Assembly (NCBI GenBank): GCA_002389765.1
Contig: DGQM01000010.1
Location: 10,160 to 74,159 of the forward strand
Direction: 5' to 3'
DNA length: 64,000 nucleotides
From: Bacteroidetes bacterium UBA4414
GTDB lineage: Bacteria; Bacteroidota; Bacteroidia; Chitinophagales; Chitinophagaceae
Every line of letters begins with the position of its first letter. The stretch's first letter is position 1. Below, one piece after another: positions 29,077-38,467 of this stretch. A program made the translations under genes and the position numbers. The notes beneath the pieces are model-generated. The model did no database searches and was not told the DNA's origin. It saw only the letters and a program-made list of their open reading frames with translations.

Positions 29077-32000
29077 ATGTCTAAATTTGTCATCCCCACA
29101 AAACTTGAAAAATTGCGTTTAAAATCGTTGGACATAAAAGGATTCAAATCCTTTGCAGATAAGACCCATGTGCTGCTCGATCACCCCATTACGGGTATCG
29201 TAGGGCCAAATGGTTGTGGTAAGTCGAATATCGTGGATGCTATCCGCTGGGTTATTGGTGAGCACAAGATTAAAGCCTTGCGTTCTGATAACCTTGAAGA
29301 CCTGATATTTAACGGCTCGCGTACGCGTGCCGGTTCTGGTATGGCAGAAGTATCTTTGACATTCGAGAATACCCGCAACCTCTTGCCTACAGAATTTACC
29401 ACGGTGACCATCACGCGTAAGTTCTATAAGAATGGTGAAAGTGAGTATCGTCTGAATGATGTGACTTGTCGATTGAAAGACATACACAATCTGTTTTTGG
29501 ATACGGGTGTTAGTAACGACTCGTATGCCATCATAGAATTGGGCATGGTCGATGATATCATCAAAGACAAAGACAATTCTCGCCGCCGTATGCTGGAACA
29601 GGCAGCAGGTATCTCTATCTATAAAACACGTAAGAAAGAGGCGAAGCTGAAACTGGATGCAACAGAGCAAGACCTTGCACGTATCGAAGACTTGTTGTTC
29701 GAGATTGGTAACAACCTTCGTACACTGGAAAGTCAGGCGAAGAAAGCAGAACGCTATTTTCAGATAAAAGGGGAATACAAAGAAGTAAGTGTTGAACTGG
29801 CGAAAGCATCGCTGGAGCATTTCAACGACCAGTATAAAACACTCAACGAGCAGCACGATACCGAGACCGACCGCAAGACACAATTGGAAGCTGTAGTAGC
29901 TACAGAAGAAGCAGTGGTAGAGCAGGATAAAGTGAAGCTGATAGAGAAAGAACAGGAGTTGAACGGTTTGCAAAAACAATTCAATGAACTGATAAACCGT
30001 GTTCGTCAATTGGAGAGCGACAAGCGCCTTGCAGCGCAGCGCCTCGACCATTTGAAAGAACGTGAAAAAAGCCTGAGCGAATTCCTTTCGGGCGCAGGTA
30101 TGCAATTGCAAAGCCTTGAAGAGTCTATCTCTTTTGCAGAAAAGCAAATTGAAGAAGAAAACGATATCATCGAAAAACTGCGTGATGAATTAGAAAGCAT
30201 GCGTGGCATAGTAGATGAAAAACGTGATGCCTTTGATGCGAAGAAAAAAATACTGGAACAACTGCGTGCTGAATATCAAGGTAAACAACGCACACAATTT
30301 GATGCAGAGAAAAAAGTAGCCATTGCAGATACTTCTGTAATGAACCTGCAACGCAGCATACAACAGATACAGGAAGAAAAAGCACAGCGTGCTAATCAGA
30401 TAACACAACTGACAAACGAGCGTACCGATGCGGAAGGCGACCTGCAAGAGAAGAATGATGAACTGCAGACACTCGTTGCGCGATACGAAGAGGTGAAGTC
30501 TAAAATCCTGCAAAGTCAGGAGCAACTGGAAACACTGCGTTCACAGTCGGTAGACGAAAACCGTAAACTGGATAGTCGCCGCAACGAGCATGATTTGTTG
30601 AAGTCGTTGGTAGAAAGTCTGGAAGGCTATCCTGATAGTATCAAGTTCCTGAAAAAGAACAAAGACTGGAATAGCGAAGCACCGTTGTTGTCAGATGTAT
30701 TTGTGGTACAGAACGAATACCGTACCGCACTGGAAAACGTACTGGACAACTACCTGAACTATTACATAGTTGAAAATATTGGTGAAGCTGCAAAAGCTGT
30801 TCACTTGTTGGAAAGCAATAAAAAAGGTAAAGCCAATTTCTTTGTTACAAACCAATTCCAACAATATCAGGCTGCACAGCACAACGCACCTGCAGGATTA
30901 ACATCTGCACTGAGTGTAGTGAATGTAGATGAACAATACATGCCGCTGGCACAGCACCTGCTGGGCCATGTATACATTGCCGATAACGAAGCTGCCATCA
31001 CAGACCTTGCTATGACCAATGGTAATGTGATAGTAGAAAAGAGCGGTAAAGTAGTACGTGGTAAATACACACTGGGTGGCGGTTCTGTTGGTCTGTTTGA
31101 GGGCAACAAAATAGGCCGTGCTAAAAATCTGGAGCGTCTTGCAAAAGAGATAGAAGACCTGACGGTTATTACCACACAATTGAAACAACACATAAGCGAT
31201 ACACAAACGCAGATAACAGGTTTCAATCAGGAGCTGAATGACAGGGCTATTGAACAAACACGTCAGGAAATAAACCGCCTGCAAAACCATACTGTAAACC
31301 TGAGTAACAGGATTGAAAACTTTGAACACCTGAATCAGAATGGTGAGCAACGTTTGCAAGACCTGCAGGAGCAACTGGAAGATACACACGCAAGCATAGC
31401 AGACACACGCAGCGAGTTGGAATCTATCAACGAAGAGTTACAGTCGCTGCAACAAAATATACAAAATGCAGAGTCAGAATTCCATGCAGTAGAAATGGAA
31501 TTCAATATGGCTACGCAACAGTACAATAATCACAACATTCAGTACACCAAAGAGCAGAGCAAGCAGGAAGGTTTGAAGCAGGAGCTGAGTTTCCGCAGCA
31601 ACCAACTGAATGATCTGAAACGCCAGATAGCCAGCAACAGCGAGCAATTGCAACAGATTGCTGGACAACTGGGCGAAACAGAAACACAACTGCACGCAGG
31701 TGATAATGAACTGTATGAATTGCTTACACGCAAAGAGACAGAAGAAAAAGTACTGAATGAAAAAGATCGCCTGTACTACGAAATGCGCAATGCCATTTCT
31801 GCACAGGAAGGACAATTGAACCAGAAACGCCGCGAAAAAGAACATGCAGAAACGTTGCTCAACAGCATCAAAGATCAGCTGAATGATATGAAGCTGAAAC
31901 TGGCCGGTATGAAAGAGCGTCTGAGTGTGGAGTTCAAAGTGAATCTGGATGAGATACTGGATCAGGCACGTGCAAACGAACTGACTGTAGATGAACTGAC

Positions 32001-32646
32001 TGCTGAAGCTGAGCGCATGAAGAAGCGCTTGGAGAATATGGGTGAAATCAACCCGACGGCTATCGAGGCATTTACAGAAATGAAAGCACGTCACGATTTC
32101 ATCGTAGAGCAGAAGACCGACCTTGTGAATGCGAAGGAATCACTGATGGCTACGATTGAAGAAGTAGAGCAAACAGCGAATGCAAAATTCCGTGAGACAT
32201 TTGATAAAGTGCGCGAAAACTTCATCGAAGTATTTAAAGCGCTCTTTACCGCAGAAGATAATTGTGATTTGCGCCTGACAGATCCTGATAACCTTGCGGA
32301 TAGCGGTATTGAGATATATGCACAGCCAAAAGGTAAAAAGCCGAGCACGCTTACACAGCTTTCGGGTGGTGAGAAAACACTTACATCTACAGCGTTCCTC
32401 TTCGCTATCTACTTGATAAAGCCTGCTCCGTTCTGTATTCTGGATGAGGTGGATGCACCGCTGGATGATGCGAACGTAGGCAAGTTCACGCAGATGATAC
32501 GCAGGTTCAGCGATAACTCGCAGTTCATCATCGTAACGCACAACAAACAGACAATGGCTGCGGTTGACGTTATCTACGGTGTAACGATGCAAGAACCGGG
32601 CGTTAGTAAACTGGTACCGGTAGACTTCCGTAGTTTGAGTAACTAA
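29077..32646 (+). CDS. smc: chromosome segregation protein SMC
   Basis: Walker A (GPNGCGKSN), long coiled coils with a central hinge, C-terminal signature LSGGEK and Walker B (FCILDEVDAPLD). Confidence 0.95.
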   Translation: MSKFVIPTKLEKLRLKSLDIKGFKSFADKTHVLLDHPITGIVGPNGCGKSNIVDAIRWVIGEHKIKALRSDNLEDLIFNGSRTRAGSGMAEVSLTFENTRNLLPTEFTTVTITRKFYKNGESEYRLNDVTCRLKDIHNLFLDTGVSNDSYAIIELGMVDDIIKDKDNSRRRMLEQAAGISIYKTRKKEAKLKLDATEQDLARIEDLLFEIGNNLRTLESQAKKAERYFQIKGEYKEVSVELAKASLEHFNDQYKTLNEQHDTETDRKTQLEAVVATEEAVVEQDKVKLIEKEQELNGLQKQFNELINRVRQLESDKRLAAQRLDHLKEREKSLSEFLSGAGMQLQSLEESISFAEKQIEEENDIIEKLRDELESMRGIVDEKRDAFDAKKKILEQLRAEYQGKQRTQFDAEKKVAIADTSVMNLQRSIQQIQEEKAQRANQITQLTNERTDAEGDLQEKNDELQTLVARYEEVKSKILQSQEQLETLRSQSVDENRKLDSRRNEHDLLKSLVESLEGYPDSIKFLKKNKDWNSEAPLLSDVFVVQNEYRTALENVLDNYLNYYIVENIGEAAKAVHLLESNKKGKANFFVTNQFQQYQAAQHNAPAGLTSALSVVNVDEQYMPLAQHLLGHVYIADNEAAITDLAMTNGNVIVEKSGKVVRGKYTLGGGSVGLFEGNKIGRAKNLERLAKEIEDLTVITTQLKQHISDTQTQITGFNQELNDRAIEQTRQEINRLQNHTVNLSNRIENFEHLNQNGEQRLQDLQEQLEDTHASIADTRSELESINEELQSLQQNIQNAESEFHAVEMEFNMATQQYNNHNIQYTKEQSKQEGLKQELSFRSNQLNDLKRQIASNSEQLQQIAGQLGETETQLHAGDNELYELLTRKETEEKVLNEKDRLYYEMRNAISAQEGQLNQKRREKEHAETLLNSIKDQLNDMKLKLAGMKERLSVEFKVNLDEILDQARANELTVDELTAEAERMKKRLENMGEINPTAIEAFTEMKARHDFIVEQKTDLVNAKESLMATIEEVEQTANAKFRETFDKVRENFIEVFKALFTAEDNCDLRLTDPDNLADSGIEIYAQPKGKKPSTLTQLSGGEKTLTSTAFLFAIYLIKPAPFCILDEVDAPLDDANVGKFTQMIRRFSDNSQFIIVTHNKQTMAAVDVIYGVTMQEPGVSKLVPVDFRSLSN

Positions 32647-32671
32647 AACACAACAGTTTAATTGATAATTA

Positions 32672-32695
32672 ATAGCCGGTTCGCCGGCTATTTTT
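32672..32695 (+). terminator. intrinsic terminator after smc
   Basis: ATAGCCGG pairs with CCGGCTAT around a TTCG loop, followed by T5. Confidence 0.75.
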
Positions 32696-32789
32696 ATTTA
32701 TGTTAATATTAACCAAAACCCTACTACATGTTGTTGCATAGGGCTTTTAGCTGATAGTATTTTAGTGTCTTCACCCTCAAAATCTATCT

Positions 32790-35183
32790 ATGCAAAAATC
32801 ACTCGCTGTAGTTATTGTGCTCTTGCTTGTCGTGTCGACAAAAATCTCAGCACAACAAATTCTGCTGAATGGTACGGTAAATGATGCACAAGGTAAGCCC
32901 GTTGCTACAGCTACCGTGTCGTTGCTCAATGCAGACTCTACATGGGTACAATCAGAACTGGCAGATGATAATGGTGCGTTTGAAATGAAGGTGGCAAAAA
33001 CTGGTAAATACGTAGTAGCAGTAAATGCTGCAGGCTTTGCAAAGCTGATGCAACAGATAGAGGTAAAAGAAAAGAACGAAGCACTAAACTTGCAAATGAC
33101 AGCCAATACCACATTGCAGGATGTAGTAGTAAGCAGCAAAGCACCACGGATAGAAAAAGGGCTTGGTAAAACAACGGTAAATCTTGATCAGGTAAATACA
33201 CTCGGCAATTCTGCGTGGGATCTACTCCGCAAATCTCCCGGTGTAAATGCAAGCAATGGCAACATAACACTGCAAGGGGTAGGTGTTACGGTGCTGATAG
33301 ATGATAAGCAAACCTACCTGACAGGTAAAGACCTGGAAGACTACCTGAAAAGCCTGACAGGTGATAATGTAGCTGCGTTGGAGCTGATAACACAACCATC
33401 CAGCAAGTACGATGCAGAAGGTACAGGTGGCATCATTAATATCAAAACAAAGCGTATAAAAAAGAAAGGGCTCAATGGTAATGTGGCATTGGAAGCAGGG
33501 CAGGGTGTTTATCCCAACACACACAACAGCGGCAACCTCACCTATAGAAATAATAAGTTGACATTGTATACCAACCTCGGGCAGATGGCTGCTACAGGTT
33601 TTCTGGATAGAAAGGACAATCGCAAAGCCAGCAATCCGCAAACAGGAGAGATTATCAGTAATACAGACCAGTCTATCTTTATGAAAGAGACCTTTGGCGA
33701 TTATAATGCACAGGTAGGTACAGACTATGCAGTCACAGAAAAGACAAGTGTTGGTGGTAGTGTAAAGGGTATTTATCACCCTAACATACAGCACGATGAT
33801 GCAAAAGCAGTAGTGACAGATGCCACAGGAAATGTGATATACAACACAACTTCAAACGACCATACATTTGAGCGTAATCATTACCTGTGCAATGCCTACA
33901 TAAAACACGAACCCGCAAAAGGACATAAGATAACAGCCGATGCAGATTATATCTACCGCGACCAGCGCGAGACACATAAGACCACAGGAAGAAATTATGA
34001 TACACAAGGATTGCCTGTAAATGGCAATCTCGATTTAGATAATCATTCACAATCTGTCATCAATGTAGTGACTGCAAAAGCAGATTATACAGGAGAGATG
34101 GGCAAAGGGTTTAGTACAGAGGCGGGTGTAAAATCGAGCTATGCAGTAGTGGATAACGGTGCATATTTTCAAACACTGAATAATGGTAATTGGATAAATG
34201 ATACTACACGTACCAATCACTTCATTTATAAAGAGAATATCAATGCAGCCTATGTAAATGTTTCTAAAGCTTTTGGCGATAAATGGAATACACAAGCAGG
34301 TGTACGTGTAGAAAATATGAATAACGATGGCAAGGAGACACAGCAGGGAGGCGCGTTTCAGCGTAGCAATACTGCTGTATTCCCGACAGCATTTGTAAGC
34401 TACAAGATAGATGATGACAACAGTGTAGAGGTAAGCTGTGGCAGGCGTATCAATCGTCCTGCATATACAATGATGACACCATTTATTACATACTTTTCCC
34501 AATACTATTATCAAAAAGGTAATCCAGATTTGTCGCCTGCATACAGAAACTACTTGGAGTTGAATTACAATAACCGCAACGAATTGTTTGTATCGGCAGG
34601 TTTGCGAAAAGTAACAGGGTATATCACCCCGATACTGGGCTACGATGCCAATAACAAGGCTGTGTTTGCCACATGGGGCAACTATGCCGATGATTATGTA
34701 CTACATGGCTCTTGCAGTTACAATAAGCAATGCACTAAGTGGTTGCTGCTTACAACGTCCGGAGATGTGTATTATAATAAATTCCTCAGCTATCGCGGAC
34801 ATACATTGTTAGGTACATCCTTAGGTGCTTCAGGTTATTTGCAAGGCACATTCACTCTCAACAAAGGGTGGACAATAGATACAACCTTCTATGCAAGTAC
34901 AGGCGACTTGCAGAACGTAATAGACCGCTACGGCCCAAGCTACTGGTTGGGCTTTAACGTGGCAAAGAAAGTAATGAAGGAAGCTGCAACAATCAGGTTA
35001 TCTATAGAAGATCCGTTCCGTATGAATAAGCTTAGTACTACATCCAACTGGAATGGTATAGAAACGGCATCATCACTTCGGTTTGGTTCACAGTCGGTAG
35101 CGCTTGGCTTTAGTTACAATTTTGGTAAGAAGCTGGATGGCGCTCAGCACAGCAGTAAAGCAGAAGAGGCTGCCAGAATGTAA
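32790..35183 (+). CDS. outer-membrane beta-barrel / TonB-dependent-receptor-like protein with an N-terminal carboxypeptidase-regulatory-like domain
   Basis: Signal peptide. CarbopepD_reg-like N-terminus (LNGTVNDAQGKPVATATVSL). A plug-like segment (ELITQPSSKYDAEGTGGIINIKTKR). Long beta-rich region. It is a paralogue of 41592-44030. Confidence 0.7.
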   Translation: MQKSLAVVIVLLLVVSTKISAQQILLNGTVNDAQGKPVATATVSLLNADSTWVQSELADDNGAFEMKVAKTGKYVVAVNAAGFAKLMQQIEVKEKNEALNLQMTANTTLQDVVVSSKAPRIEKGLGKTTVNLDQVNTLGNSAWDLLRKSPGVNASNGNITLQGVGVTVLIDDKQTYLTGKDLEDYLKSLTGDNVAALELITQPSSKYDAEGTGGIINIKTKRIKKKGLNGNVALEAGQGVYPNTHNSGNLTYRNNKLTLYTNLGQMAATGFLDRKDNRKASNPQTGEIISNTDQSIFMKETFGDYNAQVGTDYAVTEKTSVGGSVKGIYHPNIQHDDAKAVVTDATGNVIYNTTSNDHTFERNHYLCNAYIKHEPAKGHKITADADYIYRDQRETHKTTGRNYDTQGLPVNGNLDLDNHSQSVINVVTAKADYTGEMGKGFSTEAGVKSSYAVVDNGAYFQTLNNGNWINDTTRTNHFIYKENINAAYVNVSKAFGDKWNTQAGVRVENMNNDGKETQQGGAFQRSNTAVFPTAFVSYKIDDDNSVEVSCGRRINRPAYTMMTPFITYFSQYYYQKGNPDLSPAYRNYLELNYNNRNELFVSAGLRKVTGYITPILGYDANNKAVFATWGNYADDYVLHGSCSYNKQCTKWLLLTTSGDVYYNKFLSYRGHTLLGTSLGASGYLQGTFTLNKGWTIDTTFYASTGDLQNVIDRYGPSYWLGFNVAKKVMKEAATIRLSIEDPFRMNKLSTTSNWNGIETASSLRFGSQSVALGFSYNFGKKLDGAQHSSKAEEAARM

Positions 35184-35213
35184 TTTCGTACCTTCGGGAC
35201 TCAATTCACGCTT

Positions 35214-35726
35214 TTGTCAAATACTGCATACGAAATAAATCTGCAAACCATTGCAGCAATAGCTTCTGAAAAAGAAGAAGAAAACGACCATTTCTTGCGC
35301 TCGCTTCGCCATCATGATGGTGCCGTACTCGATGAAATGTCGAACCGCGTTTTTCAGGACGTAAATGCAGCAGTAGATTGTACAGCTTGCGGTAATTGCT
35401 GCAAGACGCTTATCGTAAACATTACCCCGCCCGAAATTGAAAGGCTGGCGGTGTTTATGAATATGACGGAAGAAGCCCTGCGAGAAAAGTATATTGAAGA
35501 AAGCATGGCAGGCAATTGTTTTATCAACAGTGTTCCTTGTCATTTTCTATCCGGTACCAGTTGCAGCATCTATACAGAAAGGTTTACAGAGTGCCGCGAT
35601 TTCCCGCACCTGCACAAGCCTGGGTTCAGAGAACGCTTTTTAGGCACATTATTACATTATCCAAGTTGTCCCATCATCTTCAATACGGTTGAGGTAATGA
35701 AAAGGGAACTAAAGTTTATAGAATAA
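35214..35726 (+). CDS. YkgJ-family cysteine-cluster protein
   Basis: CTACGNCCK motif plus downstream Cys residues (CHFL..SCSIY..C). The start is uncertain (TTG at 35214). Confidence 0.55.
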   Translation: MSNTAYEINLQTIAAIASEKEEENDHFLRSLRHHDGAVLDEMSNRVFQDVNAAVDCTACGNCCKTLIVNITPPEIERLAVFMNMTEEALREKYIEESMAGNCFINSVPCHFLSGTSCSIYTERFTECRDFPHLHKPGFRERFLGTLLHYPSCPIIFNTVEVMKRELKFIE

Positions 35727-35727
35727 G

Positions 35728-35752
35728 AAAAGCAGCCGTTGGGCTGCTTTTT
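35728..35752. terminator. bidirectional terminator hairpin
   Basis: AAAAGCAGCC pairs with GGCTGCTTTT around a GTTG loop, between convergent genes. Confidence 0.75.
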
Positions 35753-35776
35753 ATGTAATGAGTAATTTAGTAAGGT

Positions 35777-36124
35777 TTATGCCATCCTCATGGCAGGGCC
35801 ACGATTGATGAAGTATTGTTTTTCGCCTTCTTGCAGTAGTACGCGTATGCTGCGCAGTCCGTTATCATCATAGTCAAGCAATGCCTGCAACGGCTCATCA
35901 TCGCCGGGTTTGTAAATATATTCCAGCCCGTCTATCAGTACTGTTTTGTTGGTAATGATAATGCTGCCGTTTGTAGATTCGTGTACGACGTTTTCAGACC
36001 CGTCGCTCAGGAAGGTGAGCATCTGTGTACGGTCGTACGCATAGGTCTTGCCGCCACGGCTCAACATCCTGTAAAGGATAATTGAAAGAACACCCGCAAT
36101 GACTAATAATATAGCGCGTAGCAT
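35777..36124 (-). CDS. hypothetical membrane-anchored protein
   Basis: 115-aa ORF with a single N-terminal TM helix. I recognise no domain. Confidence 0.45.
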   Translation of the reverse strand: MLRAILLVIAGVLSIILYRMLSRGGKTYAYDRTQMLTFLSDGSENVVHESTNGSIIITNKTVLIDGLEYIYKPGDDEPLQALLDYDDNGLRSIRVLLQEGEKQYFINRGPAMRMA

Positions 36125-36322
36125 CAGCAGTTACTAATTGAGTTCTAATATAGTAATCTTAGTTTGAAAAAAACTAATAATCTATACACATGTTGATAAC
36201 TAATGGGATATAAACTATTGGCACCCGAAGAACATCCTCTACATGTTTCCTGCCATATACCCCCATAGCCCTGTATGCAAAGTAAAGACATAATCGGGTT
36301 TTTATGAAGAATTTTCTGCTTT

Positions 36323-37687
36323 TTAATCTTGCAGTGCCTCCTGCTTACGGGTATATTTTTCTTTCAGGTAGTAGAGAGCGATGCCCGTAATGATGATGAT
36401 AAATGCAAACAGTTTGTATTTATTCTCGCCCATCAGGAAGATGAATAGCCAGATGATGATAGATATTATGGCAGGTATCGGGAATAGTGGCATCCTGTAG
36501 GGCATATTGCCCCATTTCTTTTTGTAGTGCCAAAGCAGTAGCCCCACCGCTTGCGATACAAACTGTATCAGTATGCGCATGGTGATGATGGCTGTTATGA
36601 CATCTGCCAGTTTAAAGAGCAAGCTGAAAATAAAAGCCATGCCACATAGTGCCAGTAGTGATATGTGTGGGAAATGATGCTTAGGATGCAACTTGCCAAA
36701 TACCGGGAAGAAATCGCCATTCAGCGCCGCAGAATATGGTACTCGGGAATAGCCGAGTATCACCGAAAAGAGCGAAGCCAGCGCAATACACAATATCAGC
36801 ACCGTTGCTATCTGCGCTACCTGATGGTTGTAGATGTGCTCAAAGTAAATGCTTACCATGTATTTGGATGCTGCCAGTTCCTGCCAGGGCAATACACCAA
36901 GCACTACCGTTTGCATACACAGGTACAATATGGCAATGCCAGTAATGGAAATGAAAATAGCACGAGGTATATTCTTCGATGGGTTCTTAATTTCCCCACC
37001 CAAGTGGCAAACATTATAATAACCGAGGTAAGAATAAACAGCTTTTTGCGATGCCTGCCCGAATGCAGCAAAGAATGCTACCATCGTCATATTGGGCATC
37101 TTCCAGTCGAAAGCCTGTGCAGCGTTGAAATGGCCTAAGCCCGATATGATGAGCCAAAGCATAGTGCCACCTGTTATCACCCAAAGGAAGACAGATATTT
37201 TGCCAATGCCTTTAATGCCTCTGTACAGCAAGATGGTAATCAGTATTACCAACCCACCGCTGATGGCTTTCTTCAACAATACCTCGCTTTCTGCGGGCAG
37301 TGGCACCAAGAAGGTGAAATAATCTGCAAAACCAATAGCTCCGCTGGCCACTACCAATGGTGCCTGTATGGTTGTCTGCCACACAAAGAGAAAAGCCATA
37401 AGCTTGCCCCATTTGCTGCCAAACAGCTTTTGCAGAAACACATAACTGCCACCTGCCGCCGGCCATTTAGCGCCCATCTCTGCCCACACCATACCATCCA
37501 TGTACGATAGCAATGCGCCTAGTATCCATGCCAGCAGGCATATAGGTCCTTGCATCATACCTACTATCAGGGGTATGGTTACAAACGGTCCTATTCCCAC
37601 CATATCAATCATATTGATGGCAGTAGCTTGCAATAGGGATAGCTCCCTTTCCAGTTTTGGTTCGGCTTGTTGTGCGTTGGTTTGCAA
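36323..37687 (-). CDS. APC-superfamily amino-acid permease
   Basis: About 12 TM helices with an N-terminal LSLLQATAINMIDMVGIGPF motif. TTG start. It lies immediately downstream of the two-component genes on the same strand. Confidence 0.8.
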   Translation of the reverse strand: MQTNAQQAEPKLERELSLLQATAINMIDMVGIGPFVTIPLIVGMMQGPICLLAWILGALLSYMDGMVWAEMGAKWPAAGGSYVFLQKLFGSKWGKLMAFLFVWQTTIQAPLVVASGAIGFADYFTFLVPLPAESEVLLKKAISGGLVILITILLYRGIKGIGKISVFLWVITGGTMLWLIISGLGHFNAAQAFDWKMPNMTMVAFFAAFGQASQKAVYSYLGYYNVCHLGGEIKNPSKNIPRAIFISITGIAILYLCMQTVVLGVLPWQELAASKYMVSIYFEHIYNHQVAQIATVLILCIALASLFSVILGYSRVPYSAALNGDFFPVFGKLHPKHHFPHISLLALCGMAFIFSLLFKLADVITAIITMRILIQFVSQAVGLLLWHYKKKWGNMPYRMPLFPIPAIISIIIWLFIFLMGENKYKLFAFIIIITGIALYYLKEKYTRKQEALQD

Positions 37688-37752
37688 TTGGCAGAAATTA
37701 CCTGCAAAACTAATCAGGCATTTCAGCTTTTATATGATTATAAACTATAAGC

Positions 37753-38385
37753 CTATATAAACTTATTGTCTTTGGCAGTCTTGATGGCATCTGCCTTGCT
37801 GTGCACGTTCAGTTTGTGATATATGTTTTTGATGTGCGATTTCACTGTTTCCAAATCAATAAACAGCTCCTGCGCTATACGCTTGCGGCTTTTGCCGGTA
37901 GCAATCTGCTCCAGTATTTCTGTTTCTCTGCGGGTAAGGGGAGATGCCTCATTGCGCTGAAAAGAACTGATGACCATACGCGCTATATGCGCACTCATTG
38001 GCCCGCCGCCTTCCATTACTTCCTGTATGGCACTGATGATTTTTTCCGGTGGGGTGTTCTTTGTCAGGTAGCCCGATGCACCGTTGCCAAGTGCGCGGAA
38101 GATGAGTATGTCCTGTTCATATACAGTGAGTATCAGTATATACGCTTCAGGTATCAGCTTCTTTATTTTAGGCAGTGCATCTATGCCCGATATGCCCGGC
38201 AGTTCAACATCAAGCAGCAATACATCAGGGTCGTCTGAGGCTATCTTTTTGGCAGCATCTTCAAAAGACGGATAGCTGCCTACCACTTTGTAGCCGGGGG
38301 TATTACCTATCAGGTATACATAACCCTCGCGGATGGTTTCGTCATCTTCAATTATGCAAACACGTATATCAAGGTCTCGGCTCAT
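37753..38385 (-). CDS. NarL/LuxR-family response regulator (canonical receiver)
   Basis: EDD acidic pocket, LLLDVELP phospho-Asp, ILTV, GYLTK, and a C-terminal LuxR HTH (LTRRETEILEQIATGKSRKRIAQELFIDLETVKSHIKNIY). ATG at 38385 is preferred to the TTG at 38412. Confidence 0.85.
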   Translation of the reverse strand: MSRDLDIRVCIIEDDETIREGYVYLIGNTPGYKVVGSYPSFEDAAKKIASDDPDVLLLDVELPGISGIDALPKIKKLIPEAYILILTVYEQDILIFRALGNGASGYLTKNTPPEKIISAIQEVMEGGGPMSAHIARMVISSFQRNEASPLTRRETEILEQIATGKSRKRIAQELFIDLETVKSHIKNIYHKLNVHSKADAIKTAKDNKFI

Positions 38386-38467
38386 GTGGCTGATGTTTGT
38401 ATAAAATTGCAAAGTTTGCGGGTGATACTACTCCCCCAAATCAGGTTATTTTTAAATATTAACAAGT

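Noticed and set aside
29119-30147. 342-aa ORF antisense to smc.
   Set aside because: This is a shadow ORF inside the coiled-coil region of smc. Its translation is low-complexity (Leu/Phe/Gln-rich), as expected from the reverse complement of Glu/Lys/Leu-rich coiled-coil codons.
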